Assembly: GCA_030586555.1 (NCBI GenBank)
Contig: JAURAC010000015.1
Span: forward strand, 1 to 64,000
Source: Candidatus Subterrananammoxibius californiae
GTDB taxonomy: Bacteria > Planctomycetota > Brocadiia > Brocadiales > Subterrananammoxibiaceae
Direction of reading: 5' to 3'
DNA length: 64,000 bases
Positions 31,651-41,048 of this stretch are shown here, piece after piece; position 1 is the first letter of the stretch; every line of letters starts with the position of its first letter. The position numbers and the translations under genes are program-made. The notes below the pieces were generated by a model. The model saw nothing but the letters and a program-made list of their open reading frames with translations, was not told the DNA's origin and ran no database searches.

Positions 31651-31806
31651 TTTGCCCCCTTTTAAGATATTGGTAAATGGTGGCACTATTATAGTGTCAC
31701 CATAAAAAGCCGTGTTTATAAATTATCGAAGCGTTGACAGATTATAATGTTATCACAGGCTAATTATGTACCAAAAGTGTGAAAAGCTTTTGAAGGTGTT
31801 ATTGAG

Positions 31807-32283
31807 TTATGAGTGTATGCTGTGGACAAACTTTACATAAAGGGTTAGGGCTCCTATTACAATTGCTATTGCAATGCCAAAATAAAATGTCGTTTTGGCA
31901 TCCTTCCATTCTATTAAATGCTCCAGGAATACGATAGCAAGGATAACTACTATCATACTTATTAGCAAGTCTTTCAGGTCGTAAATATTCTTAACCACTA
32001 ACCACTCAGGCGTAACCACCCTTCCAATGAAGAGCTCAAAAAGGCCTGAGGAAAAGAGATAGAGTAGTATTGCTATGAGGATGCCATCTATGACGGTAAT
32101 TACTTCTATATCTAATCGTTTTTGTTCGCTTGAATAGGGTTTAAATATATCTTTGAAGATAAACATCATTTTTTTCCCCATATTGACCAAAGACCATACA
32201 ATGAGTGCAAGGGAAGCTATAAATATAGCTGTAATACCTGCTATTATAAAATATTTACCAATGAATAGAATCGAACTTAGCAT
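31807..32283 (-). CDS. YqhA/UPF0114 family membrane protein
   Basis: ID.ILIA..LYLFS.GLFELFI and 'WL.V..I.DLK'. The real start is ATG 32283; the longer ORF overlaps the tRNA. Confidence 0.8.
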   Translation of the reverse strand: MLSSILFIGKYFIIAGITAIFIASLALIVWSLVNMGKKMMFIFKDIFKPYSSEQKRLDIEVITVIDGILIAILLYLFSSGLFELFIGRVVTPEWLVVKNIYDLKDLLISMIVVILAIVFLEHLIEWKDAKTTFYFGIAIAIVIGALTLYVKFVHSIHS

Positions 32284-32307
32284 GGTCGCCTCTTCGATGG
32301 GAAAAGA

Positions 32308-32392
32308 TGGTGCGAGAGGGGGGAGTCGAACCCCCATGGTGTTACCCACTGGATCCTAAGTCCAGCGCGTCTGCCAGTTCCGCCACTCTCGC
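32308..32392 (-). tRNA. tRNA-Leu(TAG)
   Basis: GCGAGAGTGGCGGAACTGGCAGACGCG-CTGGA-CTTAGGA-TCCAG...GGTTCGACTCC...ACCA, 85 nt with variable arm. Confidence 0.95.
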
Positions 32393-32396
32393 TCAT

Positions 32397-32468
32397 AATC
32401 CCCCTCTATCCCCCTGAATCTCGTTCCCACGCTCAGCGTGGGAACGAGAAGACGGGAAAAGGGAGATT
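32397..32468. repeat. Family D hairpin carrying a nested CTCGTTCCCACGCTCAGCGTGGGAACGAG palindrome
   Basis: AATCCCCCTCTATCCCCCT...GGGAAAAGGGAGATT flanks. Other family D copies at 3217-3263, 11649-11693, 14151-14194, 42844-42890, 46995-47042 and 59885-59929. Confidence 0.8.
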
Positions 32469-32898
32469 AAAGTTTTGTTGAATGCACAATCTTTTCATCT
32501 ATGGTCATAGCCATATCGAATGCCTGAATGAGGAACTTATCAGCCCTTTGCAGCCTTTTAATGACCTCAGTTGCAATTTCAAGGGTGAATGCTGGATTTG
32601 TGTTTAATAATGCCTCAGCCGTTTTCTTGTCTATTGAAGATATCTTGCTTTGCCTTGTGACCTGGGCATTTGCCCTGCAATGCTCATCTGTAAGGAGCGC
32701 CATTTCACCGAAGAAATCTCCCTTACGAAATTCAGCAAACACTACTTCTTTCTTTCCAGCCTTTTTGAAGATTCTGACTCCTCCCGATAAAATAAAATAC
32801 ATGTGCTTGCTAAGACCACCTTCTTTAAACAGTATACCGCCCTTCTTATAGACCTTTTCTTTACCTACCTCTTTAAAGACTTTCTGAATTTCACTCAT
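32467..32898 (-). CDS. Cyclic nucleotide-binding domain protein
   Basis: LFKEG, MYFILSGGVRI and GDFFGEMALL..RANA. Confidence 0.88.
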   Translation of the reverse strand: MSEIQKVFKEVGKEKVYKKGGILFKEGGLSKHMYFILSGGVRIFKKAGKKEVVFAEFRKGDFFGEMALLTDEHCRANAQVTRQSKISSIDKKTAEALLNTNPAFTLEIATEVIKRLQRADKFLIQAFDMAMTIDEKIVHSTKL

Positions 32899-33760
32899 TT
32901 TTGTGTTCCTTTTCGGTTTTCAAAAGAATGTCCCGTATTTTCTTCATATCATCCCAGGTTTTAGCCTTGTCATTTGGGTTCCTTAAGAGGTAAGCAGGAT
33001 GATAGGTAGCCAGGAGTTTAATGCCTTTATAGTCGTAAAGTTTACCGCGAAGCATCCCGATTGGCTCTTTTGTATTGAGCAATGTTTGTGCGGCAAAGGT
33101 TCCGAGGGCACAAATTATCTTTGGCTGTATGATTTCAATTTGTTTTGCCAGATGCGGAAAGCATAATACTATTTCTTCGCCCCTCGGGCTTCTGTTTTCA
33201 GGAGGGCGGCACTTAAGGACATTGGCAATATAAACCTGCTCTCGCTTGAGCCCAATTGACTCGATGATTTTTGTTAAAAGCTGTCCCGCCCTTCCCACGA
33301 ATGGTTCTCCTTGCACGTCTTCTTCATAGCCAGGGGCTTCGCCTACGAACATTAAATCCGCTTCGGGATTACCTGAGCCAAAGACTACGTTCTTTCTACC
33401 CTTGCATAGTCCGCATTTTCTGCATACGAGAACCGCCTTCTTTAGTGCAAGCAACCTCTGTGCCTTTGACTGTCCCACTTCTTCCAGAGTGGTAGAGCGT
33501 GGTGTATACGACGACGAACTTTCTCTAACCATATAGTTTGCTCGTCCCACTTCTTTCAAAGAAGCAGGATGTGCCTCTACAATCCCTCCGCCTGTAGCAG
33601 GTTGATGGCTGCTTTTCCTTTGCATGGAGTCAATAACGTCTATACCGACACCATTTTCAAGCTCTATCCTTGTGCGAATTATATCAATCAAGGATTGTAG
33701 TTCGGCTTTAATATCCTGAAATGAATTCAGGACAGGTTCTTGAAGGTAATTATTTTCCAC
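32891..33760 (-). CDS. Family 4 uracil-DNA glycosylase
   Basis: CxxCxL, GEAPG, PFVGRAG, KCRPPENR and YHPAYLLRNP. Confidence 0.92.
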   Translation of the reverse strand: MENNYLQEPVLNSFQDIKAELQSLIDIIRTRIELENGVGIDVIDSMQRKSSHQPATGGGIVEAHPASLKEVGRANYMVRESSSSYTPRSTTLEEVGQSKAQRLLALKKAVLVCRKCGLCKGRKNVVFGSGNPEADLMFVGEAPGYEEDVQGEPFVGRAGQLLTKIIESIGLKREQVYIANVLKCRPPENRSPRGEEIVLCFPHLAKQIEIIQPKIICALGTFAAQTLLNTKEPIGMLRGKLYDYKGIKLLATYHPAYLLRNPNDKAKTWDDMKKIRDILLKTEKEHKNE

Positions 33761-34766
33761 TGGTTAGGATTAAATTTTTTACTTCTTCCACAACCATCTT
33801 TTCGACAGACGCTATACTGCCAGTGATTTCGCACCCTGCGGCATGTTCATGTCCACCGCCGTCGAATTTTTGTGCAATCTTGTTGACATCAACACTATCC
33901 CTGCTGCGTAAGCTAACCTTGACCATATTTGGTTCCTTCGTCTCCCTTAATAGTATTCCCACCATTACTCCCTCTATAGAAGCAGGGATTTCCGAAAACT
34001 CCTGTGTGTCTATTGCAGGCGTATGTGTTGTCTCCATCATCTCACGTGTAAGATAAATAATAGCAATCCTTCCCCCGGCATCCAACCTAATGGTCTTTGT
34101 TGCAAAGGCATGTAGCAGCAATTGACCGTATGTGTTCGTCTTATAAAGGTGTTTTGCAATTTCCGCTGGGTTAGCTCCGCAATCAATAAGATATGCAGCA
34201 GCTCTAAGACTTTCGGTGGTGGTGTTAGAATGGGTGAACCGTCCGGTATCCGTAATAATGGCAACGTAAAGCGCCGTTGCAATCTCGGGGGTAATTTTTT
34301 GTGATGTTTCTTTAAGAAGATGAAGAATTATCTCGCCTGTGGAGCTGGAGTCGGGGCAAATTAGATTAATGTTGCCGAAGTTTGAGTTGGATACATGATG
34401 GTCAATATTTATTACTGGCACCTGCCTGAGGCAGGTTGAAAGTACGTTGCAAATTTTGCCAAGTCGCTTCAAGTCCGGGCTATCAAGTGCGATGACCAGT
34501 TCGTAATTACCATTAAGTGACTCTGCTGAGGTGCCAAATAAGGCTGTTTCTGACAAAAAGGTATACACACGTGGAATAGAAGAATCATTAACGATGCTGG
34601 GCTCTTTGCCAAGATTTTTTAAAGCATGATACATGGCGATTTCTGAACCTACAGCGTCCCCATCGAGGCGCACATGGGCTGAAATAAGTATGCGAGTGCA
34701 TTTCTCAATTGCTTTTATAATATCGCCTATTACTGCTTTGTTGTTTTCAGGAAATTTTTCAAGCAT
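33750..34766 (-). CDS. nrnA: DHH-family oligoribonuclease/PAP phosphatase
   Basis: H..DGDAVGS, NIDHH, TDTG.F, KVSLRS and GGGH..AAG. Confidence 0.9.
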   Translation of the reverse strand: MLEKFPENNKAVIGDIIKAIEKCTRILISAHVRLDGDAVGSEIAMYHALKNLGKEPSIVNDSSIPRVYTFLSETALFGTSAESLNGNYELVIALDSPDLKRLGKICNVLSTCLRQVPVINIDHHVSNSNFGNINLICPDSSSTGEIILHLLKETSQKITPEIATALYVAIITDTGRFTHSNTTTESLRAAAYLIDCGANPAEIAKHLYKTNTYGQLLLHAFATKTIRLDAGGRIAIIYLTREMMETTHTPAIDTQEFSEIPASIEGVMVGILLRETKEPNMVKVSLRSRDSVDVNKIAQKFDGGGHEHAAGCEITGSIASVEKMVVEEVKNLILTSGK

Positions 34767-34814
34767 AATAAGGATATGGTATTTTAGTTTCGGGTTAATG
34801 TCAAGTTTAAAAAC

Positions 34815-34859
34815 AAATGCCTTCCTTCACCAGGTTGAAGCGGATGAAGGAAGGCATTT
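34815..34859 (-). terminator. Putative intrinsic terminator after hsp20
   Basis: 15-bp stem AAATGCCTTCCTTCA/TGAAGGAAGGCATTT with T-rich flanks on both sides. Confidence 0.6.
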
Positions 34860-34924
34860 TTCTTTTCGACAAACAATCCGCCCATGGCATGTCGCCATGA
34901 CGTGCTGAGGCGGACAGGGTCGCA

Positions 34925-35365
34925 TTATTCGACCTTTACGGTAATCTTCTTTGGTTTTGCCTTTTCCACTTTTGGCAGGGTTATCTCAAGGATACCATTC
35001 TTGCACTCAGCCTTTACCTTTTCTGAATCTACTGATTCAGGCAAAGTCACGGAGCGCATAAAGCTTCCGTATCGCCTTTCTATACGATGATAGTACCTGT
35101 CGTTTTCGTGCTTCTCTTCCTTCTTTTCCCCCTTAAGGGTCAAAGTATCACCGGAAATCGAGATATCAATATCCTTCGGGTCAAGCCCTGGGACCTCCGC
35201 CTTAACAATTACGTTATCGTTTGTTTCTGACACATCTAATTCAGGACTCCAGGCAGTCTCAAAGAAAGGTCTTTTCCTGAAGAAATCGTCAAAAAGCTGA
35301 TTCATCTCATCCCTCAACGATGTAAATGAAGGCATCTGTGGCCATTTTATTAATTCCTTACCCAT
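34925..35365 (-). CDS. Small heat-shock protein (Hsp20/alpha-crystallin)
   Basis: DVSET, AEVPG, ERRYGSF.R...LP and NGILEITLPK. Confidence 0.93.
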   Translation of the reverse strand: MGKELIKWPQMPSFTSLRDEMNQLFDDFFRKRPFFETAWSPELDVSETNDNVIVKAEVPGLDPKDIDISISGDTLTLKGEKKEEKHENDRYYHRIERRYGSFMRSVTLPESVDSEKVKAECKNGILEITLPKVEKAKPKKITVKVE

Positions 35366-35510
35366 AATTGACCTCCTTCCGTAACTTGCATAAGGTGGAC
35401 AAATTGCTTATTTAAAACTTTATAACATAACATTGCTACTTACCGCATATCGTACTTAACCACCCCCTTCCTGAGATTGAGGTAGACAACGAACTTTATG
35501 TTCGTTGAAA

Positions 35511-35972
35511 TCAACGATGGTAAACATCGTTGTCTACCTTAATTTTACGAAACGCAAGAAGAAGATTATTTAATGACGCAACAACTTGTTCTCTTATATC
35601 CGCATCTATATGTCCGAATAATGTATTAAAGTACCCACTTTGAAGTTTGTAAAGCCTCTGCTTCAAGCGCTTGCCTTCCTTAGTCAAGCGCACCATTACT
35701 AATCTTCTGTCAGCAAAATCTGGTTTGCGCTCAATAAACCCTTCCTTAACAAGTGTATCAATCATACGTGTCATTGTACTTGTGGCAAGGGACAGCCTCT
35801 CGCTCAACTCGCTCATCTTAAGTGCATTCGTATTGTTAAAGGCAAGTAAGGTTGCCCATTGCGAAGGTGTAATACCGCAACTTATACTTGCATTTTTTTC
35901 GAGGACGTGAAATCCTCTTATAATTTCCTGCATCAAGTCATTAAACGTTGAAATAGCATCCACATATTCCAT
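35511..35972 (-). CDS. MarR family transcriptional regulator
   Basis: SELSERL.L..STMTR.ID.L..EG.I.R and DRR...V.LT.EG. Confidence 0.9.
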   Translation of the reverse strand: MEYVDAISTFNDLMQEIIRGFHVLEKNASISCGITPSQWATLLAFNNTNALKMSELSERLSLATSTMTRMIDTLVKEGFIERKPDFADRRLVMVRLTKEGKRLKQRLYKLQSGYFNTLFGHIDADIREQVVASLNNLLLAFRKIKVDNDVYHR

Positions 35973-36006
35973 ATAGATATCTCACAATAGTTCTTATTAG
36001 CAACAT

Positions 36007-36049
36007 TTGTATTACACAATAATTATATCATACAATTACAATTTGTCAA
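36007..36049 (-). promoter_or_regulatory. marR promoter with candidate operator
   Basis: Minus strand TTGACA-16-TATAAT with extended TG; TTGT-n5-ACAA palindrome at 36007-36019. Confidence 0.6.
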
Positions 36050-36308
36050 GTAGATTTAAGAAATTTTTTTGTAAGTCTTTAAAATTTAATGAATTATAAT
36101 GTTGTATGTCTTTTGTAATCGGTAAAATTCTTCTTCATATATTTAGTGAGACCCATCTTCAGTATTGTTTTGTTCCAGATTAATAATAAAACTTAGACAC
36201 AGATAAACTTTTAGGAAATTTCGCAAGCCACTTACCTACTGCGGGCGCATCATCTTATAAAGACTGTTACCCATGTGTATATACTTTACACACTTTACCT
36301 TTTTCTCC

Positions 36309-36337
36309 TTGACAAAAATTGCCTTTAACATTACATT
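36309..36337 (+). promoter_or_regulatory. Candidate sigma70 promoter for the yjbQ-like gene and the downstream cluster
   Basis: TTGACA-17-TACATT, ending 10 nt before ATG 36348. Confidence 0.55.
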
Positions 36338-36347
36338 AAAGTTAGCT

Positions 36348-36761
36348 ATGAAATATCTTACAGAATATATCACCTTTAATACGAAAAAGCACAGGGAGTT
36401 TATAAATATAACAAAAGATGTTGATAGGGCACTCGCAAAGAGCGGGATAAAGGATGGTATGATACTTGTTTCTGCGATGCACATTACTGCGGGGGTTTTC
36501 GTTAATGCCGATGAGCCTGGGCTTTATGAAGATATTGAAAAATGGCTTCAGGATTTAGCCCCAGAGGGACCTGAATACAAACATCATAGGACGGGTGAAC
36601 ATAACGGCGATGCACACCTGAAAAACTTGCTCATTGGCCATCAGGTTATTGTTCCTGTAACAAGAGGTCGCCTTGACCTCGGTCCGTGGGAGCAAATCTT
36701 TTATGCAGAATTTGACGGTCAACGAAACAAAAGGATGATAATTAAGGTTATGGGTGAATAG
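36348..36761 (+). CDS. YjbQ/UPF0047 family protein
   Basis: [13 protein letters not shown] and [14 protein letters not shown]. Start placed at ATG 36348. Confidence 0.9.
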   Translation: MKYLTEYITFNTKKHREFINITKDVDRALAKSGIKDGMILVSAMHITAGVFVNADEPGLYEDIEKWLQDLAPEGPEYKHHRTGEHNGDAHLKNLLIGHQVIVPVTRGRLDLGPWEQIFYAEFDGQRNKRMIIKVMGE

Positions 36762-36844
36762 CCATTTAGCTCATAGTTGATAGCTCATAGCTGTTGGCTA
36801 TGAGCTATCAACTGTGAACTAACTAATTTTTGGGTGGAATTAAT

Positions 36845-38971
36845 ATGGCAGAAGTAAAGTATAAGAGTGGAAATGCAGTTGTTGTGGAAAATGTTATAAA
36901 TGAGGAAGCGCCGTGCGTTGTTGCCTGCCCTATCAAGCAGGATGCACGTGACTATATACAGCTTATTGCGAGGGGCAGGTTTGAAGAAGCGCTTCGGGTA
37001 GTCCTGTCTAAGAATCCATTCCCTTCTACATGCGGGCGTATATGCAATCATCCATGCGAGACCAAGTGCAGGCGTGCCAAGGTTGACGAGCCTATTGCAA
37101 TTGCTTCCCTTAAGCGCTTCCTTGCCGACGGCAGCTTCAGCATATCTAAACCAGAGATTACTTCTTCATATTCTGAAAGGATTGCAATCATCGGCGCTGG
37201 TCCATCTGGACTTGCAGCCGCAAATGATTTGGCGTTTCTCGGATATAAGTGTACAGTCTTTGAGGCACAGTCAAAGGCTGGTGGGATGTTAAGGTTCGGT
37301 GTACCGTCCTTTCGTCTCAGCAGACATGCGCTGGATATGGATATAAACGCTATAATGAACCTTGGTGTGGAGATAAGGTTTAATACCCGTATTGGTGAAA
37401 ATATACGTCTTGGCGACCTTCTAAACCAGGGCTACAAAGCCGTGTTAATTGCCGTAGGATTACAGAAGAGCAAGATGCTAAATATTGAGGGCGCCCAGCT
37501 TAACGGTATTCTTACTGCAATACCATTTCTTTATGCTGGAAGCCGAGGGGAAGGCGTCAAATTAGGAAAGCGGACACTTATTATTGGCGGTGGCGCTGTT
37601 GCAATGGATTGTGCAAGAACTGCTCTCAGGATGGGTTGTAAGCGTGTTCACATCGCATGCCTTGAATCCCGCAAGGAGATGCCCACTACTGATTATGAGA
37701 TTGAGGAAGCTATCCACGAGGGTGCGATAATTCACACCTCTTTGGGTCCCAAACGTTTCCTTGGAAAAGATGGGAAGGTAACAGCCCTTGAAACAGTTGT
37801 GTGTAAATCTGTGTTTGATAATAATGGAAGGTTTAACCCTACCTTTGTCGAGGGCTCCGAATCCGTTATAGAAGCAGATACTATAATCCTTGCCATAGGT
37901 CAGGCATCTGACCTATCCTTCTTGCAGGAACAAGAAGGCATTCAGGGGAAAGACGCCCTGTCTTCCATTCAGGTGACAAGGGGAGGAACTATTGCCGCTG
38001 ACCTTGCAACATTATGCACAAACATGACGGGCGTTTTTGCCTCCGGCGATGTTGTTCTTGGGAGAGGCACCCTTACCGAAGCGATAGGACAAGGCAAGAA
38101 GGCTGCCCTTGCTATTCATGATTATTTAAGGGGCATTAAACGTAAAAAAGAAGAGGAGATTCTCCCTCTTCAGGAACTCTCATCAACAAGGCTTCAAATA
38201 ATTAAAAAACAGGGCAGACAGAGGATGCCAACGTTAGCCGATGAAGTAAGGTTAGGCACATACGAGGAGGTTGAGCTTGGGTTTTCTCCAGCACTTGCCG
38301 TAAAGGAGGCACAGCGATGTATGAATTGTGGTGCAGGGGCTGTGGTGAATCAGGATATTTGTGCTGGCTGTCTGACGTGCGTAAGGGTATGTCCATACGA
38401 TGTGCCTAAGATTGCCGTTGGTGATAGCATTGCATATATAGGCTGTGATTGCCAGTCTTGCGGGATATGCGTGATAGAATGTCCTGCCGCTGCGATAAGT
38501 TTTAAGTCTACCTATGAGGATTGGGGGGAGGCAGAACTTGAATCTGCCTTGAAGGCTCACTCTGAGCGAAGCGAAGGGGCTGAAGAACCATTGTTACTCA
38601 ACTTCTATTGCCAATATAACACATTTCCAGCCGATGAAGCCTTTGGAGAATTTGCTAAAAATGTAAAGAGAGTAAGATTCCAGTGCCTTGCCAAGGCGAA
38701 CCCTCTTATATTCTTAAAGGCATTTGAAAAGGGTGCAAAAGGCATCTTTGTAACTGTATGTCCGCAGGATGAGTGCCGATTCAATAACACCATTTGCTGG
38801 GCAGAAAAGAGGGTGAAGTATGCAAGGGGCCTCCTTGAAGCGGTTGGGATTGAAGGGAAAAGACTAAAGCTGATAAGCACCACGCCCATCAATACTGATG
38901 AGTTTATTCAATGGGCTGATCAGGTAACAAAGGAAGCAGAAGAATTGTGTTCTCTAAAGGAGAATAAATAA
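36845..38971 (+). CDS. GltD/NfnB-like FAD/NAD(P) oxidoreductase fused to a 2[4Fe-4S] ferredoxin and an MvhD/FlpD domain
   Basis: APCxxACP, CGRICxHPCExxC, IGAGPSG, IGGGAVA, EAQRCMNC, CxxCxxCxxxCP clusters, and C-terminal MvhD pattern (FYC...C.....P...LKAFEKGA.G....C....C). Confidence 0.85.
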   Translation: MAEVKYKSGNAVVVENVINEEAPCVVACPIKQDARDYIQLIARGRFEEALRVVLSKNPFPSTCGRICNHPCETKCRRAKVDEPIAIASLKRFLADGSFSISKPEITSSYSERIAIIGAGPSGLAAANDLAFLGYKCTVFEAQSKAGGMLRFGVPSFRLSRHALDMDINAIMNLGVEIRFNTRIGENIRLGDLLNQGYKAVLIAVGLQKSKMLNIEGAQLNGILTAIPFLYAGSRGEGVKLGKRTLIIGGGAVAMDCARTALRMGCKRVHIACLESRKEMPTTDYEIEEAIHEGAIIHTSLGPKRFLGKDGKVTALETVVCKSVFDNNGRFNPTFVEGSESVIEADTIILAIGQASDLSFLQEQEGIQGKDALSSIQVTRGGTIAADLATLCTNMTGVFASGDVVLGRGTLTEAIGQGKKAALAIHDYLRGIKRKKEEEILPLQELSSTRLQIIKKQGRQRMPTLADEVRLGTYEEVELGFSPALAVKEAQRCMNCGAGAVVNQDICAGCLTCVRVCPYDVPKIAVGDSIAYIGCDCQSCGICVIECPAAAISFKSTYEDWGEAELESALKAHSERSEGAEEPLLLNFYCQYNTFPADEAFGEFAKNVKRVRFQCLAKANPLIFLKAFEKGAKGIFVTVCPQDECRFNNTICWAEKRVKYARGLLEAVGIEGKRLKLISTTPINTDEFIQWADQVTKEAEELCSLKENK

Positions 38972-39271
38972 ATGAAAGCCGCTTTGATTTTTACAGGAAG
39001 CAGTCCATTGCTGATACTTACTTCTTATCCCTCGTTAAAAGATGAGCGATTTATAGACAAACTAAAACACAAAGGAATAAACAAGTATATTGCATTTGAA
39101 ATCCCTGTAGAAAGTACAAGGGAAAAGTATGGGATGAGGTTCGAGGTAATTTCGAGTGACCTTGGGAAGACTGAAGACATGAGAGTTCTTGATTATAACG
39201 GTCATCTTGCCTTTGAAAGGTTTTCTTTTAAAGAACTGGGTGAAATGATAACTCACGAAGAATCTGCTTGA
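38972..39271 (+). CDS. Hypothetical cytosolic protein (99 aa)
   Basis: Abuts the upstream stop codon, has an AAGGAG RBS and is operonic. Confidence 0.75.
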   Translation: MKAALIFTGSSPLLILTSYPSLKDERFIDKLKHKGINKYIAFEIPVESTREKYGMRFEVISSDLGKTEDMRVLDYNGHLAFERFSFKELGEMITHEESA

Positions 39272-39322
39272 GCCTGTCTGCGTGCGGACACGCACAGGCA
39301 GGGTAGATGAAAGGTTTTGAAT

Positions 39323-40054
39323 ATGATAGTAGCGGATATAAAACCATTTAAAGAAATAATGAGGCTGGTAAAGAATTACCGTAAGATTTGTGTTATTGGC
39401 TGCGGTACTTGTGTAACGGTGTGCCATGCCGGTGGGCAGAAGCAGGTATCCGAGGTAGCTGCTCAGCTCAGGCTGGCAGCGAAACTGGAAAAGAAGCACC
39501 TGGAAGTAGGGGAGGAAACTATCCTCAGGCAGTGCGAGCATGAATTTATAGATTCCCTCGAAGGACTTGTACAAAAGTATGATGCAATTGTCTCTCTTGG
39601 ATGCGGGATTGGTGTCCAAATGCTTGCCGAAAGATTTCCCCATACCAGGATTCTCCCTGGACTCAATACAAAGTTTATGGGCGCTCCTACAGAGCCTGGA
39701 ATCTTTTGGGAAAGATGCGTGGGGTGCGGTAACTGTATACTGGCAGAGACGGGCGGGTTTTGTCCTGTAACACGTTGCGCAAAGGGCTTGCTAAATGGGC
39801 CCTGCGGCGGCTCTCAGAATGGTCTCTGTGAGGTCTCGCCGGATACTCCATGTGTATGGCAGCTCATTTACGAACAACTTGAAGCACAGGGAATGCTTGA
39901 TACCATGGAAGCAATAACTCCTCCAAAGGATTGGTCTGTAGGGCAGGGGGGATGTGGCCCTCGCAGGTTAGTGCTGGAACACCTTGTTGAAGAAGAAAAA
40001 GATAAACATAAAATTGCTGAAAAGGTATTGACGAGAAATGATTGTAAAAAGTGA
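39323..40054 (+). CDS. metV: Methylenetetrahydrofolate reductase partner subunit MetV
   Basis: GCGTCxTVC.AGG, RQCE, CxxCGxC, CPVTRCAKGLLNGPCGG and CVW; directly upstream of metF. Confidence 0.88.
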   Translation: MIVADIKPFKEIMRLVKNYRKICVIGCGTCVTVCHAGGQKQVSEVAAQLRLAAKLEKKHLEVGEETILRQCEHEFIDSLEGLVQKYDAIVSLGCGIGVQMLAERFPHTRILPGLNTKFMGAPTEPGIFWERCVGCGNCILAETGGFCPVTRCAKGLLNGPCGGSQNGLCEVSPDTPCVWQLIYEQLEAQGMLDTMEAITPPKDWSVGQGGCGPRRLVLEHLVEEEKDKHKIAEKVLTRNDCKK

Positions 40055-41030
40055 CGAGAAGTATTCCACCTTAGGCAGCTTGGAAAGTGAATTAGCCATT
40101 AGTGGTTTAAAGAGCGGAAGCAATCTGGAAAAATTGCTCAAGGCGGGTTATTTTGTTGTTACTGCAGAACTCGGTCCACCAAGAGGCGCTGATAGGACGG
40201 TTATCGAAAAGAAGGCAACTTTGTTAAAGGGTTATGCCGATGCCTTTAATATTACGGACTGCCAGACTGCTGTTGTAAGGCTCTCAAGTATTACGGGAGG
40301 CGCAATTCTTGTGGGCTTGGGATTAGAGCCTATTATCCAGATGACCTGCCGTGATAGAAATCGTATAGCAATCCAGAGCGATTTGCTTGGCGCAGCGGCT
40401 TTAGGCATAAAGAATCTTCTATGTTTGACAGGCGACCATCAGAAATTTGGGGACCACCCTGGGGCAAAGGGTGTTTTCGACATAGATTCGCTACAATTGT
40501 TACAGATTGTAAAAGGTATGCGGGATGAAAAAAAGTTTCAGTCCGGAGAAGAGATTGAGGTTGAGCCGAGGTTTTTTATCGGTGCGGCTGAGAATCCATT
40601 TGCTGACCCTTTTACCTATAGAGCATTTCGTCTGGCAAAGAAGATAAGGGCTGGGGCTGACTTTATCCAGACGCAAATAATATTTAATGTAGATAAGTTT
40701 TCAGCTTGGATGGAAAGGGTGCGTGCGTTGGGTCTTCACAAGAAGGTCTTCATCCTTGCCGGGGTTGCCCCAATAAAATCGCTCCTTATGGCAAAGTACA
40801 TGAAGACCCATGTGCCGGGGATGGACATTCCAGATGAAATTATTAAACGTATGGAAAAGGCTAAGAAGGGGTCTGCTAAGACAGAGGGATTAAATATTTG
40901 CCTCGATGTGATAGAAAAAGTGAGAAAGATAGAAGGGGTCTCAGGTGTGCATATAATGGCAATTGAGTGGGAGGAGGCGATTCCTGAAATTGCCAAACGG
41001 GCGGGTCTTTTACCGAGACCGAGCCCTTAG
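40038..41030 (+). CDS. metF: 5,10-methylenetetrahydrofolate reductase
   Basis: TAELGPP, QMTCRDRNRIA.QSDL.GA, LTGD and AGADFIQTQ. Confidence 0.94.
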   Translation: MIVKSDEKYSTLGSLESELAISGLKSGSNLEKLLKAGYFVVTAELGPPRGADRTVIEKKATLLKGYADAFNITDCQTAVVRLSSITGGAILVGLGLEPIIQMTCRDRNRIAIQSDLLGAAALGIKNLLCLTGDHQKFGDHPGAKGVFDIDSLQLLQIVKGMRDEKKFQSGEEIEVEPRFFIGAAENPFADPFTYRAFRLAKKIRAGADFIQTQIIFNVDKFSAWMERVRALGLHKKVFILAGVAPIKSLLMAKYMKTHVPGMDIPDEIIKRMEKAKKGSAKTEGLNICLDVIEKVRKIEGVSGVHIMAIEWEEAIPEIAKRAGLLPRPSP

Positions 41031-41048
41031 ACCTGTGAGACAAGAACG

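Noticed and set aside
32284..32349. N-terminal extension of the 180-aa ORF
   Set aside because: It overlaps tRNA-Leu; ATG 32283 has its own GAGG RBS.
35366..35480. CIRCE element upstream of hsp20
   Set aside because: No TTAGCACTC-n9-GAGTGCTAA match was found.
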